Assembly: GCF_006345805.1 (NCBI RefSeq)
Contig: NC_043005.1
Span: forward strand, 74,772,001-74,836,000
Reading direction: 5' to 3'
From: Octopus sinensis
Taxonomy: Eukaryota
Length of the DNA: 64,000 nt
The notes below the pieces were generated by a model. It saw nothing but the letters and a program-made list of their open reading frames with translations, was not told the DNA's origin and searched no databases. Of this stretch, positions 1-12,275 are shown in pieces. A program made the position numbers and the translations under genes. Within the stretch, counting starts at the first letter, position 1; the number at the start of each line of letters is the position of its first letter.

Positions 1-721
1 TAAATTAACAGGTGAGGTCACACCCAGAATAGAGGAGAATTGAGGAGAGAGGGCAGAATGAGGCAACGGAAACAAGGGAGTCATGATATACAGGATTATA
101 AATCTATATATTTCTTGTTTGCAAATGAATTATAATTTTCTACAGCATTTTTCAGTTGGTTTAAAGAAGTGTGTGGTTGGTGGAAGTTGCAGATAAAAAT
201 TGGAAAAGCAGGTGGTGCACATTGTCAAGTTGATAAAAAAGGGGGGGGGGCACACATTATAAGAAAGGCCAAAAGGCATTGAATATCCTAGTCCTGGTCT
301 TGTCACAAAGTATCAGATTCAGCCATAATCTCAAGCTCTTCTTTATTTTATTATTAACACTAACTCTAATGTGGTGAGCCGGCAGAATCATTAGCATGCC
401 AGACAAAATGCCAATTGGCATTTTATTTGTCTGCATGTTCTGAGTTCAAATTCTGTCAAGGTTGACTTTACCTTTCATCCTTTCAGGGCTGATAAAATAA
501 ATACTAGTTGAACACTGCAGCCGAAATTTCAGTCCTTGTGCCTCTAGTAGAAAGGGTTATTGTCACTGACTTTAACGTAGCAAGTTATCAGAGTGGACAA
601 AGTGCTTAGTAGCATTTCTTCCAGCTCTTTATGTTCTGAATTCAAATACTGCTGAGGTCAGTTTTGCCTTTCATCCTTTCAGAGTTGTCGTTGTCGCTGC
701 CATCACATCTGTTTTTTACAG

Positions 722-1701
722 GTACAAAAGATCCAAGGACAATAGAAAGGAGGTGAGAGATGTGAGGAGGATAGGGATGTCAAGACATCAGAGATGGTTG
801 AGAAAATTTGTATTTTCTTGATAAAGACCATCATGTATCTATAGAGACAGTAATCACAACAGTTTGGAGTTGGTTTGGCAACTGTATACAGAATTATTCA
901 ATAAGATCTGAATATGGGTAAAATTTGTGCAAAGTGTGTTCCCAGGTGCTCACTGACAAACAGAAGGAAAGATGCATTGGTGACAACAGGGAGATGGTTG
1001 AGCTTATTACCTCAAATCCAAGAGTACTCGAGTCTCTGCTGACCTATGACGAAAGCTGGAGCTACTGTTATGATCCAGAGACCAAGAGACAACCTGACTA
1101 AGGGAAGCATCCTGGCTCCCTCAGATCCAAGAAGGCCAGGCAAAGCAAGTCTACTAGGAAGTTTATGATGATTCTCTTGTTCAATAGCAAGGGAATAAAT
1201 TACATCCACTGGGTTCCCTCTGGTCAGATGGTCAACAAAGAGAACTTTGTTGAGGTTTTGAGGGAATTCCAGAAGGGATTTCGTCACAAAAGGCATGAAT
1301 TCTTCCACTCCAGTCAGTGACAACTACACCAGAACATTGCACCAGTTTACAGTTCCATCTTGGTAACCAACTATTTGACAGAGATGAACATCAAATGTGT
1401 CCCTCACCCTCCCTACCATCCAGACCTTGCTCCCTGTGATGTTTGGTTATTCTTCAAGCTGAAGGAGAACCTCAGAGGCAGTCAGTTTGAAGACATTGAG
1501 AAGATGAATGAGATTGTGACAAGGGTTGTGGATATCACCACTTTGGATAATTTCTATGGGGCCTTTACAAAGTGGCTGGAATGCTACAGCAGGTGCACTG
1601 AAGTTGGAGGATCCTACTTTGAAGATTTGAGTTTTGTAATTCTTTGAACTTAATAAATGCTTCTCTAAAAAAGTCTCAAAACCTTTGGAATGCACCTTGT
1701 A
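722..1701 (+). mobile_element. Degenerate mariner (DD34D) transposon, 5'-truncated
   Basis: Frameshifted transposase with TYDESW, HPPYHPDLAPCD (YSPDLAP-like) and EVGGSYFE; right TIR ...cctttggaatgcaccttgta followed by TA. Confidence 0.9.
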
Positions 1702-1938
1702 TATACATGCAGAAAATGTGTACAGGATCTCCTCCCCCACCCTCTCTCTTTTACATACACGCTATTAATATATTTTTTTAAAGGTGATTTGAATGTATTT
1801 CTGAACTGAATATATTTCATGACATGAGATTATGATGTTGGTGAACTGTTTCTTTTTTCCTTATATATTGTTATCTATTGGTTAACAAACTATTATATAT
1901 TATATATTCCAGTTATTCTGGTTTTTCCTTTTTCACAG

Positions 1939-1984
1939 ATCGTGTCAAAGAATCTCTGCAAGAAATTTACCTAATGACTAACAT
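1939..1984 (+). CDS. MSH4: MSH4 exon (first in window): (D)[14 protein letters not shown](I)
   Basis: tttcacag|AT...AACAT|gtaagt; 46 nt. Confidence 0.9.
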
Positions 1985-4900
1985 GTAAGTTTTTTTTAAC
2001 GAAGTATTACAGAATACATCTGTACTGATTTGACATTGATTTTCATGAATTTAATTTACATGTATGGATTCCCAGAAATGGTTTATAATTCCTGTTACCT
2101 ATGTGGCTTAATGTTTAATAGAGGTGGGTGGTGTGAATGCATAGCAGCTTGAGAAAGTTCAGAGAGTTGACAATAGAGGATATTTTCTTTCTGGGTGAAG
2201 GGTTGATAGTATGAGGCTTTATATAGAAAATGAAATGCAAGTGCTACCAGTCAAAAACTCCGCATACCGGAAGCCAGCAAGTGTATGGGGTCATCAGGAG
2301 AGAATGCCTACCTCTTGACGGCATCAATGTCCACTGCCCCCTGCCCCCTCACTGATATGAGGCCCCGCTTGCTAGAACAGCTGGTTATCAAATAAATTTC
2401 AATATTCTTCTAAACATTGCTCATTGTCTCTTTTTAACCAAATCAAGTGGCTAGCCTTCTCCACTGTAGTTGGGATATTGGTCATGGTGCTGTTGACTAA
2501 TGATAACAACAATTGTCTCACACTGTTATATGGTCGGAGTACTTAAAAATTAAATGTGGAGGATGTATTAAATGAAGGTTAGAAAGAAATTAGATGAACA
2601 TGCCCCATTGGATGTGGAATATTAATCCTTTAACTGTAAGGCAGTGAGCTGGCAAAATCGTTAGCATGCCAGGCAAAATGCTTTGCAGTATTTCTTCCGT
2701 CTTTATGTTCTCAGTTCAAATTCTTCCAAGGTCAACTTTGTCTTTCATCCTTCCAGAGTTGATAAAATAAGTACCAGTTGAGCCCTGAGATTGATATAAT
2801 CTACTTACCATCTCTCTCCTGTGCTAGAATTTGAAAGCAATATTAACCCGTAGGAGTGGCTGTGTGGTAAGTAGTTTGCTTATGAACCACATGGTTCTGG
2901 GTTCAGTCCCACTGCGTGGCACCTTGGGCAAGTGTCTTCTACTATAGCCTCGGGCTGACCAAAGCCTTGTGAGTGGATTTGGTAGATGGAAACTGAAAGA
3001 AACCTGTCATATATATGTATATATATATGTATGTATGTGAGTGTGTATATGTTTGTGTGTCTGTGTTTGTCCCCCCAACATTGCTTGACAACTGATGCTG
3101 GTGTGTTTATGTCCCCGTAACTTAGCGGTTCGGCAAAAGAGACCGATAGAATAAGTACTAGGCTTACAAAGAATAAGTCCTGGGGTCAATTTGCTCAACT
3201 AAAGGTGGTGCTCCAGCACGGCCACAGTCACATGACTGAAACAATTAAAAGAGTAAAAGAACCCTTTAACTGCATGCAGAATTAAGTTTCATGGTTATTC
3301 CTGTAAGGATGTTAAATGATCTACCAATAAATAGAATTGGCATTTTCTGCTTTAGTAAACTTGACATACCTCAACAAAATATAGTTTCAAACATAACTGT
3401 GTTTTTTATGTGGCTCCATCACCAATTTGCTTCTTATTCCTGTGTATGAGGAAAATATTTTTTTAGTTTAAAGTAGGGCATGTCCATAGAAAAATCAGCC
3501 TCAATAAACCCCATCCAAGGATGGAAAAGTGGACATTAAAATGATGGCAGCAGCAGCAGCAGCTATTATTCTAGTTGTTGTTGTTGTTTTGGTGGTGGTG
3601 GTGGTGGTGAGGAGGAGGATGATGATGATCATGACAATCATGATCATAATTATGATGAGGATGAACTGTATAATTTTATTTAATTCTTTTAAAGAAATTC
3701 TTTTGTTAAGGTTCACTTATTGAAGTGAATATATGTGTAGTTATAAGTGAGTCATTAAGTTTAGGACTTTATAATTTCCTTCACACTAGCAGATTTTAAT
3801 TTTAGCTTACATTTTGTTTATGTATATTCAAGAGTGTTTAGGTATGGTTTCAGATTTCAAAGTCAAGTGGTTGCCCGTAAAACGATCTGACTAAATGCTT
3901 CAGTGATATGCTACACTGGTATACACAGATATTAATTTAGGTAAAATGGCCATTAAATTGAAGACTTGATCATATATTTAGAAACTAGATTACTTTAATG
4001 TTTTACAGCATATCATTGCAGAATATTTTAACAAGTTTTTTTTTTATTATTATTTAGATTTAAAATTATAAACGGAAGTCATGGTTCATATTTTATAATT
4101 TTAGAAAGCCAAAAAAAAAAACAAACATTAAGTTTATTTCCTCATGAGGCATTTGGTATTGTAATGTACTTTAAAGGAAATGAAGCATTGCTTATTTTAA
4201 ACCATTTGGTTTTACTTTAACCCTTTTGCCAGAGACAAAATAACCTTTCTAGTACTTGTGCCATGATGAAATGCGCTCACTATATTCTATAAAATGGTTG
4301 GTGATAGGAAGAGTATCCAGCTGTTGAAACCATAGTAGGAATGGAACATGCGAGTAAGGTATGGTCCTTGATCTGTCTAGGAGGGCACTGAATAAATTCC
4401 ATCCAATCCACAACTGCTTGCAAATGAGGGTATGAAAATGATGATTAAAAACTGAAAATGATGAAAGTGAAGTAATGGGGAAAACTTAGATAAAAAAGTT
4501 TCTTGGAATATTGAGCTACTTATCACAAAGCCTCTGCCATTGGCCTTGATAGTCTAAAGAACTAAAGTACAATCTTGGTCATCTGATCTTTAATGATAAA
4601 GAACTAAATTGTGAAGAGTTAGGTAGGTGGTTCTATGGCTGAACAATACAATTTCAGGAGTATAAACATAAAAATAGTAACCAAAGGATTTCAGAAGGAC
4701 AGATGTAGAATTAGCTGTTAAATTTACACCCAACCATCTTAAGAAGGGAAGAATACATTGGATAGAGTAATTCTGGATATATACAAAAAAACAAGATGGT
4801 TATAGGTCTGTTCAAGGGCAGACTGAGCCGTCAGTCAATCAGGCACTGCCCGAGGGTCTACACTCTACTGATATTTGTGCTAAGGGGCTCGGCAAACAGT

Positions 4901-7139
4901 TATGCTCAAGGGCCCTTAATACTCTCAGTCTGCTCCTGGGTCTGCTCAATCAGAACAAACTTGGGAATAAACATTGAAAACAACAAGACAGGTTTGAATA
5001 GTATAAATATGGATTAGCCAATAAATAATATTGACAAAAAAAAACCCCAACATATTTTAGAACATTCAATATTCTGTGTAATTAAAAAGCTTGTTTTGCA
5101 ACCATGTCATTAAGGGTTCAGTCCAAGTGCTCAACACATTGGACAAGTATCTTCTACTGTAGCCTCAGGCCAACCAATGCTTTGTGAGTGAATTTGACAG
5201 ATGGAATCTGAGGAAGCCAGTGGTATATATATATATATAACGGGAAGCTTTATGAAAATAGACAAAAGACGAAGGCAGGTGGAAAACAAACAAACAATTG
5301 TATTAGTATGGCGCTCAGGAAATATAAATAAAACAAGTCTTTAACGTTTCGAGCCTACGCTCTTCAACAGAAAGATACACAGAGAGAAAAAAAACACAGA
5401 AAGAAGGAGAGAAAAAAATGCGTGCAGTAACTAACGAATCAACATGGCGATCTGATTTCGGCCAGAGGTCAAAGATCAAACATGAGACGCGAGAGCGAAA
5501 TAAGGGGAGATAATAGGGTTGATAATAGGGTTGAATGACCCTAGGATAGGTCTGGACAGGCGTATGTATGGGGTTGGTGTAGGTATTAGTATGTATTAGT
5601 ATGTATTAGTACGTATTAGTATGTATAAGTGTGTGTGTGTGTATGAGAGAGTATAAGTGCGTATGAGGGGTCTGGACGTGTGTATGTATAGGGTTGGTGT
5701 ATGTATTAGTATGTATTAGTATGTATTAGTACGTATTAGTATGTATTAGTTGGTGTATGTATTAGTATGGCACATCATATATGATGTGATGTGTAAAGTC
5801 GTGTGGTGTAGTGAGGAGAAGAGGGGAGGGGAAGAAGAGGGGGGAAGAGGAGAGGAGGGGGAGAAGGAAGGGGAGGGGGAGGGGGAGAGAGAAGAGGGAA
5901 GGAGGGAGGGAGAAAGAGGGAAGAAGGGAAGGGGAGTAGGGGTGAAAGGATGAAGGACTGAAGAAGTAGGGTTCGGGGGGGAAGGATAGGTGAGGAGGGG
6001 GGTTAGATGAGGAGGGGGGGAGAGTTGAGACCAAATGGCGTATAAGAACGAAGAGAGAAGATTAATTCCTGTTCACGGCGCAAACGGGAATCTGGATGGC
6101 CTCTGTGTAAGGACAAACCGAACACAGATAGGTGTTGCAAGGAGTGACCGGTGGAGCGGAAATGGCGTGAGACCGGTGTGTCGTTCGCAAGGTGGATGTC
6201 ACGAAGGTGTTCCGCGAACCGGTCAGCCAAGTGGCGTCCCGTTTGTCCGATGTACAAGGAATTGCAGAGAGAGCAAGAGACGCAATAGATAATATTGCTG
6301 GAGGTGCAGGTGAAGGAGTGGATGATGGGATAGGGTCGATGGTGGGTGCTAGTGAGGCGGGTGGTGTTGGAGAGGTAAGGGCAAGTGCGGCAACGTGGGC
6401 GGGAGCAGGGGAACGAGCCGGGTTGGGAGGTAGGGTCAGGGAAGGAGCTATGGACCAAAAGGTCTCGAAGGTTGTGGGCTCGTTTGAAAGAGGGGAGGGG
6501 TTGGTTAGGGAAGAGGTGTGAAGTGGACGGGTCGGACTGGAGACGACGGAAAGCTCGAAGAATGGTGCGTTGGAGACGTAGGGTCGTGGGGTATATATAT
6601 ATATATGTTGTGGAACTCTGTTGGTTATGATGATGAGGGTTCCAGTTGATCCAGTCAATGGAACAGCCTGCTCATGAAATTAATGTGTAAATGGTTGAGC
6701 ACTCCACAGACACGTGTACCCTTAAAATAATTCATGGGGAAATTCAGCATGACACAGTGTATGACAAGGCTGTCCCTTTGAAATATAAGTATAACAGAAA
6801 CAGGAAGAAAGAATGAGAGAAAGTTGTGGTGAAAGAATACAGCAGGGTTCGCCACCACCCCCTACCAGAGCCTCATGGGGCTTTAGGTGTTTTTGCTCAA
6901 TAAACACTCACAATGTTTGATTTGGGAATCGAAACCATGATCCCCAACCACGAGTCCACTGCCCTAACCACTGGGCCATTGTGCCTCCACATATATATAA
7001 ATTTTTCTGCTCTTAAAAGGATTTTATCCTTTATATATACTGTTCAGTATTTACATGTTGAAAAAATTTATCTTTCTACTTGTTCTACAATACATTTCAA
7101 TGCTTCAAAAACAAACTTATGTTTATTTACATATGACGT

Positions 7140-7171
<32 letters not shown>

Positions 7172-8479
7172 CCTCCATCATCACGCGACAATCAGTATTG
7201 TTTTGTTTATGTTGCTGTAATATAGCAGTTTGGCAAAACGAGATCAATAAAATAAATACCAGAGTTGATGTGTTTGACTAAGGCTTTCAAGGTAGTGCTT
7301 CAACATGGCCACAGTCTAATGACTGAATTAAGTATAAGATACATGATATATATTTTGAAAAATATTTTTTTTATTATTTGATATAACATATATGTAATTT
7401 GAGACTGTTAATTAATGTAATTAATTTCTTTTCCAGTGTTGTTACTGAGCTTCTCAATGACATCAGGAGCTGTATTAGTTGTTTGTACAAACTCTCAGAG
7501 TGTGTTTCCATGTTAGACATGCTGGCAGGATTTGCACATCTTTGCACATTATCGGATTATAGTAAGTGTATTACCATTCTCCCTTTTGTATTTGGGGAGT
7601 GGGGGGGGGGGATCATAATCATAATCACCACCATTCAATGTTCACTTTCTGTGCTGACATGGATTGGATGGTTTGACTGGAGCTGGCAAACCAGATGACT
7701 GCATCTATGTCCACTATCTACTTTGGCTTGATGCCTTTCCTAACACCAACCACTTGACACAGTGTACTGGGTGCTTTTTACATGGCACCAGTGAGGTCAC
7801 CACCAAATAACTCACAAGATAAGAGCTCAACTGAGGTGGGGGAGTAGTACTGAGGGAGATGGCTTTGTTTCAGGTGATGAGAGATTAAAGTATGATAGAG
7901 GAACAAGAACAAAAGTGATGCTGAAGAGGAGATAGAGTGGGGTTTGTGGTTAATGCATTTCCACAAAGTTTATTTTTAATTAGTTTTTTTGTTAAATTTA
8001 TTTCAGTATAATTTAACAATCCATTATAGAAAATAGTATATAAGATTATGTGTCTTATTGGTAGGACAGTCTAAAGATGTTTCCATTATTAACTTTGTAA
8101 CTCTTTTTCTTCTTTGGTATTGAGTTTGTATTGAAATTGAGATGCATAAAATTAAATAGTTTTAAACAGGGAAAAACTGAATTTAAAAGTACAGGCTTTG
8201 TATGTCCATTATGGCAATGAGAAGAGTTCTCTTCACATGGATTTATAACAATAATACCAAGAAATGAAATGGAAAACCTACTTTTACTAAACCAAAGTCT
8301 TCTTTACAAAAGGATTTTACATTCTGTGCGTTTCTATATCTTGGTCATGTTGACTGATCCGTTTGAAAGGATATAAACTAACAAAGTGGCTCCATTTGGC
8401 CAATTTCAGTTTTGAAATTTCTTCCTATGAAGAGAGAAATCTTAGTATTTACTATATGGCATCATCTGAATTCCATTTC

Positions 8480-8530
<51 letters not shown>

Positions 8531-10438
8531 GAGGAAAAAAACAAACTAATCTCTCAAGATCATACCTCATATTTACTCCTCAGTGAATTGATTGGTTGTT
8601 AGGGATGATGACAGGGAGTCTCCTCCTATATTCAACATCTTCCCATTTGCACCTGTCAAACAGGTGCTTCACTTGCGGAATGTTATGTTTTATTTATTTA
8701 TTTATTTATCCTCTTAGAAAAAACAACAACAAAAATTCTTGCAAGATAAGCACAAACATTCAATTCATGTTTAGACTGTCTAACTTGCAACAAACACTAC
8801 TTTATTAAAAATGACTTATTTATAAACTGAATTATGTGGGAGAGGGAGGGGGAACATCACTATCAACGCCAACAACAACAACAACATCAACAACAGAACT
8901 TGGGGTAAAGATATTTCAGCCAACTTTAGACTATTTAATTACATTTGATAATTATTTTGTGGGTGGGAGTAATTAAGATAAATGAATAGATAAAATTCTG
9001 CTGAGGCCTGTTAAGATTCCTAATGAATTTCTAAAAAATCTAACGTCAAGGTTCTTGGAGATCAACAATAGGAATATTTAAAATAAAACCATATTTGATT
9101 TTTATTAAAACATTTAGTTCTATTTTTTACCTTCCCTCCCAATAAAAACTTTCAGAATTTTATTATTTTCCATTTCTCAGTATTTTCACTCCAGTATTTT
9201 CTCTGAAACTTATTGATAAGAGTATTGATAAGAAGTTATTGCTGATGATCAATAATATTATTTCTTACTTACCATTGAAAGAACAATACTAAATAGCTTT
9301 TCAAATTCAAGGGCCACGTTGAATGGGGAGACATAAGAGGCACAGGCCCTGACTTCACTGGAATCTTTTGATTTCTGAAATTGTAAGAGTTCTGAAGAAC
9401 TGTAGCTCTCTGTTGCATGATTCCTCAGTCTGTTATCTTTTATCTTTTACTTGTTTCAGTCAGTCGATGTGGCCATGCTGGGGCACTACCTTAAAAGAAT
9501 TTTAGTTGAACGTATTGACCCCAGCACTCTTTTTCTTTTTTTTTTCAAAGCCTGGTACTTATTCTGTTGGTTTTGTTTTGTTGAACTGCTAAGTCATGGG
9601 GATGTAAACACACCAATACCGGTTGTAAAATGGTGATTGGGGACATAGACACAATACACAACAGGCTTTCAGTTTCTGTCAACACCAAATGCACTCACAA
9701 GGTTTTTGTTGGCCCAAGGCTCTAGTAGAAGACATTTGCCCAAAGTGTCACAGAATTGACAGTTTGGAACCATGTGGTTGGGATGCAGACTTCTTTACCA
9801 CAAAGCCACACCTGCACCTAACTTCTTACCACAAAACCATGTTACATTTAATTATATTTAATTCCCTGGTAAATACCAAACGTGGTATCAAGTTTTCTAA
9901 ATGTGTCTATGTAATAGTGCCAATAGGTTTTGGTGCTATTTTTTTGCAAAAAAAAAAAAAAGAAAAGCATTAAGAGAATATTGATTTCTACATTGAATAT
10001 TTTGCCAAAGTATGACAAATACTGACATTTACTTATTATATACTAAGCAAAATAACTTTAGTAGAATTAAGAATTTTTCTTTATAATTAAGAAAAATAGC
10101 CATAATTGTTAGCTCTCTCTCTCACAAACACACTCACACACACATACGCTGCTTGGGGATCATAATTTATTTTCAAAATTATTTTAGAGTGTTTTTACTA
10201 CTAAATACCTCCCCCACCCCATCAACTTTATTTCACTTGAAGTTAATGCTGTTTTCCAGTTTATCTTCAGAATTTGTCAATTAATTTATTTATGTATCAA
10301 TTAATTTGTTTATTGGAATATTGTTTACCTGTCTGAGATGAATTTCTTGGCATTTTCCCACTTAAAGAACAGATCACATTGTCTTCTCATTTTTCTGTCT
10401 GTTGTCTGCCTGCCTGTCTAGTACACACTCACATGCAC

Positions 10439-10491
<53 letters not shown>

Positions 10492-10595
10492 CTTTCTCTC
10501 TCTCTCCCTCTCTGTCTTTCTGTCATTCTCTCTCTTTCTAGCACACACACACACACACACTCTCTCTCTCTTTCTGTCATTCTTTCTCTTTCTAG

Positions 10596-10653
<58 letters not shown>

Positions 10654-12241
10654 CTCGCTCTCTCTCTGTAACATTTTGTTGTGTTGAAGTCAGTTCTACA
10701 ATGGATGAGTTTCCCATGTGTTTATTCAGCTGAATCTCATCCAAACTATTCAACAGAATCTGGAACCAACCTTTGTGGAACTGATTAGCCATAAAGTCTT
10801 TATAGTTTAACCTATGTCTTGTTAGCATTGGTAATGCATTCAGGAAGAAATTAACAGGACAATGTTTTGAAAATTAATTACTCTGGTTTCATAATACTTT
10901 TTCTTAAGATCTGTAATAATATATAATTCCCTGAGATGTCTGTAGAACTTTTTTGCCTTTGGATAGGAATATATTATTTTCAAAGAATCTTTGGAAATTG
11001 TTTTACATCAGATTTCTTCGACATTTCTATCTTGGAGGTTTCATTGTTTAGTTATTGTCCATTTTACCATTCCTGCTTTCCTCATGTGGTGATAAGCTGA
11101 TGGAATTGTAGTTGTTACAGCATGTTGTCTGTAGTAGGGGAGATTCCAAACCATTTACTTTGAATGCTTTGCTTTAAAATCCAGTCGGATATTGCTTGTT
11201 GAAAGGCTGATATTTCTGTGTAAGGGAATAGAATTTAAAAAATCTGCAACCATGGACAAAGGACGTTAAATGATGGCGGCGGCAATGATGATGATGAATG
11301 AATGAATGTATGTATGTATGTATCTTTTATCTTTTACTTCTTTCAGTCATTAGACTTGACGGAGTAATCTGAATGTTAATGAGTTCAAATCCTTTTAAAC
11401 AGTATCCTGGCATGGCTGTCGTCCAATAACTACAGCATCCCAGCATGGCTGCTGTCCAATGACTGCAGCCAGTAAAAGAATAAAAGAATATTACAAATAT
11501 TTGATTATTGACAAAGTCACTGTTTCATGGATATGCAACTGAGTTTTCCTTCTCAACATTTTATTTTTCATTGAGAAAATTTCACCATGTGTGTGTGTGT
11601 GTGTGTGTGTATGAATTGCCCTTATGTACTACTTAAGTATGTTTACATACAACATTGTTTGACAGTTTGAAAGCATCTCTGACAATCTTCAAGCAATAAA
11701 ATTGTCTCAGAAGTTTACATACTTTAAATGTTAAATGATTATGTCCTCAAAGGTATTTGTAGAGCAGCAGGTGCTTCCAATTGAAAAAAAAAATCAGCAT
11801 CTTATGTTACATCTACAAGTAGCAGCTGATTTACCTTTTGATAATAAAACTGATTGTTGTTATTGTTGTTGTAAAGGCAGCAAATTGTTACTGCTCTGGA
11901 CAGAATGCTTAGCAGCATTTTTTCCAACTCTATGTTATAAGTTCAAACACCTCCAAAGTTGACTTTACTTTTTATCCTTTAGGATGAAGTAAGAACCAGT
12001 TAAATACTGAGGTCAATGTTATCCAATATTCCTCTATCAACAATTTTCATGTTTTGTGCCTATAATATAAAGGATTATTATTATTTATTGTTGTTGTTGT
12101 TGATGATGCTATTATTATTATTATTATTGAGTGAGAGAGCAGTGCATGCCATCAAAGTGACACTGGGGTAAAATATACAAAGCCCAGTATACCCATCATG
12201 ACTACCTGTCTGATAAGGGTACACTAGACACATGCATCGCA

Positions 12242-12275
<34 letters not shown>

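Noticed and set aside
1-720. Search for an upstream MSH4 exon
   Set aside because: No AG/GT-bounded segment with MutS-like translation found; the preceding exon is probably outside the window.
5815-6025. Long purine/G-rich tract (G-quadruplex or triplex potential)
   Set aside because: Part of the pyrimidine-rich 3' UTR of the Penelope-like element; nothing supports an independent function.
6035-6658. 198-aa, 109-aa, 85-aa and 81-aa ORFs overlapping the Penelope ORF
   Set aside because: Shadow frames of the GC-rich GIY-YIG coding sequence with no recognisable motifs.
10374-10687. Cluster of 78-102 aa ORFs rich in HT/CV/RE
   Set aside because: Translations of (CA)n/(TC)n microsatellites. The same applies to 22449-22815, 43453-43782, 58194-58732 and 3501-3723.
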